A stretch of 64,000 nt of DNA from contig OX597837.1 in the NCBI GenBank assembly GCA_951406725.2, forward strand, positions 23,808,001 to 23,872,000. Reading direction: 5' to 3'. The stretch comes from Octopus vulgaris. Lineage: Eukaryota. Each line of letters begins with the position of its first letter. The first letter of the stretch is position 1. Position numbers and translations under genes: made by a program. Below are positions 52,705 through 64,000 of the stretch, one piece after another. The notes beneath the pieces are model-generated. The model did no database searches. It was not told the DNA's origin and saw only the letters and a program-made list of their open reading frames with translations.

Positions 52705-53339
52705 GTTCAATAATGGTAATAAAATTAGTAACAACAACTGCTAATAAAAAAATATTTAGGAAACTTTTGCTTTTGTGAATTTTGGCAAATGCCACCATTA
52801 AAAATAGTAGATCATCAATATTTGGCTAGTTAAAAATTTAATGGGTTATAACAAAGAAAAACCAGGTTGGTTTACAGATATTTTAAACTGCTGGCATTAA
52901 CCATAAAACTGAGCGGATTGTTTTCTATTTGGGTCCATAAAATTCTGATACACTATGACAACATTTAATGTTGTAAACACTGTGTTGTCTCTGAGGTCAC
53001 CAGAGGTTAGAAGGTGTCAGAGATCAACAGGTTACCTAAATTAGCTTACTTTCACTTTCCCTATTACATCATCATTGACTTTGTAGTCTTCTTACCTGGC
53101 TGTTTTTTTCTGCCTCTTATTTTGTTCTGACCAGCTTCCCCCTGGGAGTGGGGAAGCCTCTTAGATATTCTAAGCTGTAACCCATGCAACTGTGAACTCA
53201 GTGACCCTTATCGTGACCCTCAGTTGTCCTTAATGGTCACACAGACACCTAAAACATAGGGCCTGAAGGCTCCTAGAGTAGCGTTTTGCATGGATAGTCA
53301 TGGGCTGTGACTGTTAGAAAGAAGGTGGAAGAATTGTCA

Positions 53340-53775
53340 TTATCTTTTACTTGCTTCAGTCATTGGATAGCAGCCATGCTGGAGCACCACTTTGAAAGGT
53401 TTTCAGTTGAACAAATCGACCATTATACTTACTTTGGAAAGTCTCATATTTATTCTATTGGTTAATTTTGCCACACTACTCAGTTTCAGGGACATAAACA
53501 AACCAACAGTGGTTGTCATGTGGCGGTGACAAACAAGCACACATATAATAACATTTGCATGTACACCACATACATACACAAGCCCATACACACACAAACA
53601 TATATATACATTAAAATGTGACAGACTTCTTTCAGATTCCATCTACCAAATCCACTCACAAGGCTTTGTTTGGCCCAGAGCTATTGCAGAAGACACTTGT
53701 CCAAGGTACCATGCAATGGAGCTGAACCTGGAACCATGTGGCTGACAAGCAAACTTCCCACCACACAACCGCGCA
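53340..53775 (-). mobile_element. SINE family A, diverged
   Basis: Reverse match to family A. Confidence 0.75.
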
Positions 53776-54542
53776 TGATCAGTGAGACTGTTTTCTATCT
53801 GTAGCTAGTTCAGTGACAACATTTATGGCACCTTCTTCTTGTGTAATAAGTTGTTATTGCTGCCATTTAATCCCAGGTCAGCATCTGGATCCATATCAGA
53901 AAACCACTCCACCTATGACCTTAGCATCTTTTTTCTAAAATAGTCTTCTTAAACAACACTGCCTCATATGTCTTTTTGTAAGACCTGCCATTCTTTGACA
54001 GTGGTTTATCTGCTATTTCTAGCAGATCCAGTAAGTTGGTGACCACCACCTATTGGACGTGCCATTTCTAGTAGATCCAGTTAGTAGTGATCAATAAGGT
54101 GATAGAGCAGCAGGTTGGGGGTGCCAGTAAAAGGCCTGATAGTATAAAAATTTTCCTGTCCTATGGCAGTAGGATCCTCACCTGAGATTCCACATTCTGT
54201 GACCCCTTTTCCAGTGGCAACTTGGTGTGTTCAGCTACCAGCCCAAGCAAACTGTCACAGTATCAGTTGCTCTCTGACAGGTTTAGAGTCAAGCCTGTGA
54301 CAGTGGGGACCTTTGGAGTTCTCAGCCTCATCCCAGACCATATCCCTGCTCACTGCTATTGGGGCAAAGATGACTATCCTCAAGTGTGAACCCCATGAGG
54401 CAGAATGGCTGTTTTAGCACACCTCCCTCACTGTCCCTTGGGGCAATGCCTTTTCGATTTTGTCTGCTGGAATCATGAGTTGGTTTGAATTACAGGAAAT
54501 TGAGAGAATGTAAGAATTTCATTATCATTATTGTTATTATCA

Positions 54543-54940
54543 AGGTGGTGAGCTGGCAGTATCGTTAACACGCCAGGCAAAATGCTTTGCGGTATTTCGT
54601 CTGCCGTTACGTTCTGAGTTCAAATTCCGCCGAGGTCGACTTTGCCTTTCATCCTTTCGGGGTTGATTAAATAAGTACCAGTTACGCACTGGGGTCGATA
54701 TCATCGACTTAATCCATTTGTCTGTCCTTGTTTGTCCCCTTTGTGTTTAGCCCCTTGTGGGTAGTAAAGAAATAGGTTTTTCGTCTGCCGCTACATTCTG
54801 GGTTCAAATTCCACTGAGGCTGACTTTGCCTTTCATTCTTTCAGAGTCAATAAATTAAGTACCAGGGAAATACTGGGGTCCATGTAATTGATTATTCCCC
54901 TCTCCTAAATTTCAGGCCTTGTGCTTATTGTAGAAAGGAT
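54543..54940 (+). mobile_element. SINE family B dimer
   Basis: Full unit followed by a headless unit from about 54775. Confidence 0.85.
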
Positions 54941-55199
54941 TGTTGTTGTTCTTCTTCTTCATCTTCTCTCTCCCTCCCACCTCCTTTCTCTCTCTTTGTC
55001 TCTCTCACAGAAATTGGCTTGTGATCAAATCTGGCAAAGGATGGGCTCTCATACATTTAAACCTTTAGCATTCAGATTACTCTGTCAAATGTGATGCTTA
55101 TTTATTCACATTATTGGTATTCCACCCACCCCCACCCCACCCCATTCATCTCCTGAATTATCTGCCTCACATCTCAGCTCCATCTTGCAGCTTTAGAGA

Positions 55200-55850
55200 T
55201 GCAACACTTTCCTCAGCACATGTGCTGTTCCAAAGTATTGCTGCCAACTGTGAACTTCATATAAATTTTGGTATTTGCAGATTTTCATGCCAAAATATTG
55301 CCTTCTTGTTGTTATCACTCTTTTAATTCCAGCTTTGTTAGAACTCCTGGAATCTTGCATGTGTAATGGGCTTGCTACCTGTAGCCTGTGGTATGATACT
55401 ATCTGTTTTTTCCAATTATCTAATTCTTTGCGGATAATTCTGGCTGTGCCAAAGAAGCAGACCTCTTGTAACAATTCTACTGGGCATTCTATTCCCATTT
55501 CCTTTATATTCCTCTTAATGCCTTCTGATATTATCCCCAAGGCTCCAACAATAATTGACACCATCCTCATTTTCATTTTCCATAGTTGAGATATTCTATA
55601 TTCAAGAGGGTTGTGGATATCTATTTTATGCCTTCCTTCTTGACTATTCATGTGTCAGAGGAGTATGCAACATCAGTCATATAGCATATGTGGTTCACTT
55701 TGTCCACAACCATAATTCTAGCTTGTTGTGCTACATGCAGTACCATACTGCCTGTCCTTTTCAGCTTATACTTTCCTCATTATTCTAGCCATGCCAAGGA
55801 GGCAAACCTTTTGTAACAGCTCTACTGGGAACTTTATTCTGATTTCCATT
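55200..55850 (-). pseudogene. R4/Dong-like RLE C-terminal fragments
   Basis: ISQLWKMKMRMVSIIVGALGII...ELLQEVCFFGTARIIRKEL plus two further copies of the terminal motif. Confidence 0.65.
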
Positions 55851-56619
55851 GTGAGCTCAAATTCTGTTGAGACCAACTTTACCTTTCATCCTTTCGGGAT
55901 CAATAAAACATATACCAGTTGGACACTGGGACTGATGTCATCAACTGGGTCCCTACCACAAAATTTCAGGATTTATGCCTGTTGTAGATAGGGTTGTTTT
56001 GAATCAATCATACTTCAAGATTTTGATAATGTGATTATTTTTACAATGACTTTCTGGGGTGGGATTAAGGGGCCAGATCTGATTGGTTTGAACATAGAAC
56101 ATGTAGAATGTTCAGGCTGGTTATTGCTGGTTACGGCTGGTTTAATTGCTAAAGGGTTGCAATACTTACATGCCATATATCAAGATTGTGTCCCCTACTC
56201 CTGATTCCTCCATGAGTTGAGGGAGGGTTTAAAACATGGTAACGGGTCCAGTGACCATACAGGAATTTTCTTCCTGGTATACTAGCAGGTCATGTCAGAT
56301 GTCTTCCTGACGGAGGATCACAGAGACTCATGTGCATGAATGTGATGTGGTGATGGTGATGGTGGTGATGGTGGTGGCGATGGTGGTGGTGATGGTGGTG
56401 GTGGTGGTTTTGGTGGTGGTGATTCCGTGATAGAAGCGGCTGTGGTGAAGAAGTAGATGAAAGTCTAAAATCAATGAGTTTACTTTGAAAACTACCACAA
56501 ATAACAACAACAACAACAGCAACAACAACAGCAGGAAGAAACAGCAGAGTGATGCTGGCAAGATCAGAGGACTGTTACAGGATGCTTTTGTGCCAACATG
56601 TTTGTATGAATGTGTATAA

Positions 56620-56674
<55 letters not shown>

Positions 56675-56798
56675 AGTGGGTGTTTGCGAACGAAAAGGAA
56701 ATCTAGTGACTGCCATATGTTTCTCTTTTGTTCCCCTTCAATATTTACCTCTATTTCTCACCTACTTCCCTCCCACTCTCTCTTCCTCTCTCCCTCCA

Positions 56799-56831
<33 letters not shown>

Positions 56832-57359
56832 GTCACTCACACGCAAACACCCACATGCATGTGCCCTCACGCATTTACTGTTGCAACATTTCATAAAATT
56901 TGTGAAGCTAAGCATCTCGGCTGCACATAGAATCAATTGCAAAGAATAAATTCTTGCTTCTGTCATCATCTTCCTTAATATTATTTTTATTATGACAAAT
57001 AAATATTATAAATATTATTATTGTCATTCTTCCAATTATTATTAGTAATATTAGTGTTCTTATTATAACTATTATCATCATCATCTGCGTTTTCTTCTTA
57101 CTTTTTATTATTTTTTTAAGAGTTGTTACTTATAGCTTTAGTCTTAGCATTAATATCATTATCATTATTACTATTAATGTTTTTTGTCGTTGTTTGTTTT
57201 TGGTTTATTTATTTATTGATAATTTTCAGTTCAGTTCAGGAAAAAACAAAAACAAACCTGATATAAAAAAGGAAAACAATATTAATAATAATGATTCATA
57301 TATTTCTTGGTCGTTTCTGTAATTCCGTTCCATTTTTGTTCTGCTTTTCTTGCTTTTAG

Positions 57360-57419
57360 TGTATGTATGTATTTATTAAGCTTACACACACACACACATA
57401 CAGACAAACATATGTGTAT

Positions 57420-57511
<92 letters not shown>

Positions 57512-57776
57512 GCATATATATATATATTTACTTAAGTACATAAATGTTTGTGATATATATATATATGTATGTATATGGCATGTGAGTGTACAAGCATAGA
57601 TATATGCATGTGTATGTATGGGCGTGTGTGTGTGTGTGTGTATATATAATGCATATGCATGTGTATGTGTGTGTGTGTATTTATATATACACGCACACAT
57701 ATACATATGCATGAATATATATATATGCATGTATCTGTGTGTGTATATATATATATATATAGTTTACACACACACA

Positions 57777-57811
<35 letters not shown>

Positions 57812-58017
57812 GTGTCTGAATATGCCTGCATGTATATGTCTATGTGTGTGTGTATATAAATATATATATATATATACACACATGCATACAGGTATGTACG
57901 AATATGTATGTGTATATATTTATATACACACACACACACACGTATGTATGTATATATATATATATGTATTTATATGTGTATGTGTATATATATATATATA
58001 TATACACAATCATACAC

Positions 58018-58051
<34 letters not shown>

Positions 58052-58094
58052 GTATGATATATATGTATTTATGTGTGCCTGTGAGCGTGTGTGA

Positions 58095-58160
<66 letters not shown>

Positions 58161-58578
58161 TTGAAATAATTTGTGTGGTTCTTTTGTCCAGTCTTGCTTG
58201 AAATGGTTGTATAAGGAGTATTTTTAACCTACTATTTGTGTATTGTATGTAGCAATTTACTGAATGTGTCTACATTCACACATGCACGCCCGCACACGCA
58301 CACACACACACACACACACAATACACATATGCACATAAGTGCATGTGTGTGTGTGTGTGTGTGTATTCATGACTGTTTTTCCCTTTGGATTTTGTGATGA
58401 AAATGAGACGTTTTCCCTCTACCATTTTTACATTCTATAGAAGCAGAACCATCCATAGAAAAGACACATTGAAAAGATAAGAATAAATTGCAAATAAACT
58501 TCCTCTTTCCAACTACTATTTAAAAAATATATATAATGAAAATGAAAGCTCTGAAGTGGCTTATTTCTTCATGTATAC

Positions 58579-58627
<49 letters not shown>

Positions 58628-59116
58628 ATGTATATATGTAGGTGTGTATGTGTATATATATGTATGTATATATAATATATATGTATGTGTATATATATAT
58701 ATGTATGTATAATATATATATATATATATGCGTATATATGTATGTATATGTATATATGTATGTATATACATGTATATATATATATATGTGTATATATGTA
58801 TGTATATGTATATATAATATATACATGTGTATTTATATATGTATGTGTATATATAGATATATGTATGTGTATATATATAGATGTATGTATATATATATAT
58901 ATATGTGTGTCATGTTGAATCGCTAGCTTCTGCATGCATTTTTTTTCTCTCCTTGTTTCTCTCCGTGTTTCTTTTCTGTGTATCTTTCTGTTGAAGAGCG
59001 TAGGCTCGAAATGTAAAAGACTTGTTTCATTTATATTCCTGAGCGGCATACTAATACAATTGTTTGTTTGTACTCCACCTGCCTTCGTCTTTTGTTTATT
59101 TTCATAAAGCTTCCCG

Positions 59117-59148
<32 letters not shown>

Positions 59149-59392
59149 CATATGTATGTGTATATATATATATGCATATATATATATATGTATATACATG
59201 TATGTATATACATATATGTACGTATATATATATATGCATATATATATGCGTGTGTGTATATATATGTACGTATGTATATACATACATATGTATGTATATC
59301 TGTATGTGTATATATATGTATGGGTTTATGTATGTATATGTATGTATATGTATGTATATATATATATATATATGTATATATATGTATGTATG

Positions 59393-59426
<34 letters not shown>

Positions 59427-59638
59427 TGTATGTATATATATGTATATATATGTATGTATGTATGTGTGTATATATATATGTGTATGTATATATGTATGCG
59501 TGTATATATATATATATATATGTATGTATATGTATGTATATGTATATATATATATATGTATGTATATGTATGTGTATATATATATATATGTATGTATGTA
59601 TATGTATGTACATATATATATATATGTATGTACATATA

Positions 59639-59669
<31 letters not shown>

Positions 59670-59718
59670 GTATGTTTGTGTATATATATATGTATATATA
59701 TATGTTTGTATATATATA
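57360..59718. repeat. Long compound TA/CA/TATG microsatellite field
   Basis: Direct reading; similar fields at 19010-19262 and 50460-50820. Confidence 0.95.
58910..59116 (+). mobile_element. Solo pLTR, family G, within (TA)n
   Basis: Close match to 20715-20950. Confidence 0.85.
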
Positions 59719-60118
59719 CTAGCTGTATAGCCCAGTGTTGCTCGGGCTTGTTTTCTTTTTGACCCTTTAGAATTAGAATTTTTGAAAAGTAAAAATTTTG
59801 CATTATGTAGCTTGTTATCCACTTTAAGTGAACATTTTTTCTGGTTGAAATACATCGAAAAATGACGACACAGCAGTCAAAAAATCGTAAAAAATAGGGA
59901 TTTTCATAGGAAAAAAGCACCTTTTTTATGTAAATAATTTTTGGTGTTAACATGGTCCGATTTGAATTTTTTCTTGTACAGAAGGAAGAGCAAGCCTTCT
60001 TCTATCATACTCTCAATGCTGGTAACTTGCACCACAGGGTCTCGGAGGAGATAGTGTTATTTGAAAGCTACCAAAGCTGCCACACACAGACAACTTCAGC
60101 TTTATATATATATATAGA
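59719..60118 (-). mobile_element. Non-autonomous Helitron
   Basis: Minus strand begins TC and ends CCCGAGCAACACTGGG hairpin...CTAG; inserted between A and T. Confidence 0.8.
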
Positions 60119-61097
60119 TACATATACAAACACATGCAAAATACACACATGTGTCTGTGTGTTTGAAATGCCATTCATTTCCATGTCTGGCATGAGGAAA
60201 TATCATCGTGCTTGGAAACAGGTGAGGGTTGACAACAGGAACAGCTTCCAACCGATAAAAATCTGCCTGAATAAACTTAATAAACCCATGCATAGGAGAT
60301 ATTTAAACATTGATGATAATCATATATATATATATATACATACACATATGCAACCCCAACTTCTTCCCGCCTAAATGCTCAGTTATGTATGTATCTATGT
60401 AACTATTTATACATGTGCATTTTTTATATGTATGTATGTATGAATATATGTAGAGAAAGGCAAACAAACTCAAGCGGTTTTAATGAGTTTATTTACCTGG
60501 AATGCAAAATACAGAGTAGGAAATATAGAATACAAAATAAACAAAAGGTGCAATGTAATAGTTTTATCTTAACCGTTTCAAGTGAATCATAGCTTACATT
60601 GTAACCTCTTTCATTTCATAGTAAGAATGCTTTTAGCCAAATTTGTTCAATGCGGGGTATTTAGCTTTGTGTAATGTATCCATAGGAACCTGTGATATTC
60701 CATACACCTATGACATTATGGGTCTTTATCACATAAGGAAAATGGCTACATTGTAAGCATGCTTTACTCGAAACAGCTGTCAAGATAAGACTGTTACATA
60801 ACTCTTTTTGTTTGTTTTGTTTTTTTATTTCCTACTCTGTGTTTTACATTCTATGTAAATATATTCATTGAGCCTGCTTATGGTTATCTGCCATTTTCCT
60901 CCCATACCTGTTGAACAAGAATTGTTCTTATAGCCAACATTTTACAATGGAGATTCCTCTTGATGAAAGAGGTGGAATAAAAGTTCTCATTTATCTGAGT
61001 ACTGTTCCATAAATATTTATACTATACTAGCTTCAGCATTCCCCAAAACACTATTTTTATATGTGTCTATAATTACAAGAGGTACAATAAATGTTAA

Positions 61098-61448
61098 GAG
61101 GAATGGCTGTGTGGTAAGTAGCTTACTTATCAACCACATGGTTCTGGGCTCAGTCCCACTGCATGGCACCTTGGGCAATTCTACTATAGCCTTGAGCCAA
61201 CCAAAGCCTTGTGAGTGAATTTAGTAGACGGAAAGTGAAAGAAGCCCATTGTGTGTGTGTGTGTGTTTGTCCCCACCATCATTGCTTGACAACTGATGCT
61301 AGTGTGTTTAGAGTAACTTAGCGGTTCAGCAAAAGAGGCTGATAGGATAAGTACTAGGCTTACAAAGAAGTCCTGAGGTCAATGTGTTCGACCAAAGGCG
61401 GTGCTCCAGCATGGCCGCAGTCAAATGACTGAAACAAGTAAAAGAGCA
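61098..61448 (+). mobile_element. SINE family A
   Basis: Matches family A. Confidence 0.85.
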
Positions 61449-61639
61449 TATAGGAATAGATTTTCTTGAATGTTCAGTAGGATCCAGTGTGGTAGTAGAT
61501 AGATGTCATTAGTAGTGGGTGGGAGTTATACTAAAAGTACTGTTGCTAGAATAGGAACTGATAGGAGAAAATTCAGAGAATTATTAGCTCAGTTGGTAAT
61601 GAAAGGCCTCTCTCAGAGTGAAATGCAGATTGTTTGATA

Positions 61640-62056
61640 TTTGTTTCTTTACTACCCACAAGGGGCTAAACACAGAGAGGACAAGCAAGGACAGACAAAC
61701 GGATTAAGTCAATTATATCGACTCCAGTGCGTAACTGGTACTTAATTTATCGACCTTGAAAGGATGAAAGGCAAAGTTGACCTCGGCGGAATTTGAACTC
61801 ACAACGTAGCGGCAGACGAAATACCTATTTCTTTACTACCCACAAGGGGCTAAACACAGAGAGGACAAACAAGGACAGACAAATGGATTAAGTCAATTAT
61901 ATTGACTCCAGTGCGTAACTGGTACTTAATTTATCGCCCCCGAAAGGATGAAAGGCAAAGTCGACCTCGGCAGAATTTGAACTCAGAACGTAGCGGCAGA
62001 CGAAGTACTGCTAAGCATTTCACCTGGCGTGATAACGATTCTGCCATCTTGCCACC
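61640..62056 (-). mobile_element. SINE family B dimer
   Basis: Two units joined near 61824. Confidence 0.85.
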
Positions 62057-63039
62057 AGATTGTATGATACTTGTGTACAAACTGCAATGGGCTGTGAATG
62101 GAGAGGATGTGTAAAAATTAGAAAGAAATGAAGCTAAAATGTTCCACTGGATGTGTAAATGTCAGTGCATGTATAACAAAGTACAAATGTGTTGAGAGAA
62201 AAATTGGACATAAGAGGTGTCAGATATGGTATGTAGGTATGAAGACTCTGATGGTATGGTCATGTGATGCAGATAAAGAAGTGCTGTATAAAGAAGTGCT
62301 AATTGCTAACTATACAGACCCTGAATGAGAACCACTGATCATGCTTATTAGTTCCAGGCTGGCCAAACCATTCCAGCCTAGAAAAAATGGATATTAAATG
62401 ATGATGGTGATATCTATGTGAGTACAAAAGTACAGTGGCTGTATTCAGTACATAGAGTTAAATTTAGTAACAATGGTAAACAACTGTTGAAAATCTAGTT
62501 GTTTTTCTGTTGTTTATTATTAATATTATATATATATATATTTATGTATATATTTATGTATATGTATACATTTGCATGTAGAACTCTGCGTGTGAGCAAG
62601 TGTTTATTTCTTCTTTGTTTTTTTTTATGTTTTTCATTTCGCTATTCCCAAGCCATCAATTTCTTCCTAAATAATTGCTTCTAAAAAAAAAAAAGTACTA
62701 TTGATTTTGATCTTAAATTCTTTGGTGGAATTTTGTCCGCAACAACTGTTTTCCTAAGAAATTATTTTTACTGTACGAAAAGAAAATGGAAACAACAACA
62801 ACAACAATAATAATAATAATAATAATGATGATGATAACAAGGCATCAAGCTGACAAAATCATTAGCATGCCCGGCAAAATGCTTAGGGGCATTTAATCCG
62901 TTTTTATGTTCAGATTCTTCCAACTTTACCTTTCATCCTTCTGGGGTCGATAAAAGAGTACCATTTGAGCACTGGTGTCAGTGTAATCAACTAGGCCACT
63001 CCATCGACCTTGCTAGCCATGTTCCAAAATTTGGAACCA

Positions 63040-63074
<35 letters not shown>

Positions 63075-63196
63075 ATTATTACTAAGGCAGTGAGCTGGCA
63101 GAATCATTAGCACACAGGGCAAAATGCTTAGCGGTGTTTCATCTGCCGCTCTGTTTTGAGTTCAGATTCCGCCGGCGTCAATTGAATAAGTACCAT

Positions 63197-63565
63197 AAGG
63201 ACTGATTCTTGCTAATTCAGTTTTTGTTTAATCTACAAAATCTGCTGAGTATCTAAGTAATGATTATGCCCAAGTATTTATAGCCTTCACTAGATTTGGG
63301 CCATTTAGCTTTTACTTCGTTAGCTTCCTCATGATTCTGATGAATTCCTTCTCAATTTTTTGCTTTCATTTCTATAGTTAGTACTCTGTCAGATTCTAAT
63401 ACTCCTAGATACTTATAACTCTCTCCTTCGTTCAATGATTTTAATGTCTGACCATCTGGTAATTGAATGCCTTCACTGGTGACCACCTGTCTCTTTTTCA
63501 TGACTAACACTTCACACTTATCTATGCCAAATTCCATGCCTATATCTTTGTTGAAGATGCACACT
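63197..63565 (-). pseudogene. R4/Dong-like reverse transcriptase fragment
   Basis: DIGMEFGIDKC...ESYKYLGVLES...KLNGPNLVKAINTWA...LRYSA. Confidence 0.75.
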
Positions 63566-63598
63566 TATCTATGTCAAATTTCACTATTATTATTATTA

Positions 63599-63910
63599 TT
63601 GAGTGAGAGAGCAGTGCATGCCATCAAAGTGACACTGGGGTAAAATATACGAAGTCCAGTATACCCTTCATGACTACTCGTCTGATAAGGGTACACTAGG
63701 CACATGCATCACAACCATACGTGCGTGACATGGTGCTCTCATATCAGGATAAACAACGCATGACCTTGCAGGTGGGGGCCCAGTTAGAATTTTCTTCTGG
63801 TCGAGTAACCCATCCCGCTCAAAAGGTCCCTGAACTAGGGTTGTTTAAGGATGTTGAACAAACCACCCATGTTTCCAAAGGTGAATTATCCAATTATTAT
63901 TATTATTATG

Positions 63911-63943
<33 letters not shown>

Positions 63944-64000
63944 GAGTGAGAGAGCAGTGCATGCCATCAAAGTGACACTGGGGTAAAATATACGAAGCCC
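63599..64000 (-). mobile_element. Two family F copies separated by (TTA)n
   Basis: Match 16639-16935; the second copy starts at 63942 and runs off the window. Confidence 0.8.

Noticed and set aside
57282-59953. Many long ORFs (up to 283 aa) rich in Y/I/C/V/H/T
   Set aside because: Translations of TA/CA/TATG microsatellites, not genes

Overview
AT-rich (roughly 35% GC by eye), microsatellite-saturated eukaryotic DNA. The repeat content (tRNA-derived SINEs, RTE tails, TA/CA/TTA arrays) is what I associate with an octopus/coleoid cephalopod genome, and the window is most likely intronic or intergenic. I cannot support any intact host gene; nearly all listed ORFs are read-throughs of microsatellites or SINEs. 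Supported content: about 5 tRNA-type SINE families with dozens of copies; a full-length but broken cecropia-type mariner (22438-23718); a 5'-truncated Neptune-type Penelope-like element (PLE, 19263-20950) with many solo pLTRs; other GIY-YIG relics; RTE and R4/Dong-like LINE fragments; non-autonomous Helitrons; piggyBac-, Tc1- and hAT-type MITEs; and a 1.3-kb 26-bp minisatellite. The most interesting signals are RNA-structural: an apparently intact type I hammerhead ribozyme with a long stem II (12931-13026), a pLTR family whose hammerhead core consistently reads CUGUNGA, fold-back hammerhead/pLTR palindromes, and one SINE concatemer junction recurring at three separate loci. Family labels A-H are my own working names. 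Coordinates of degenerate repeats are approximate.
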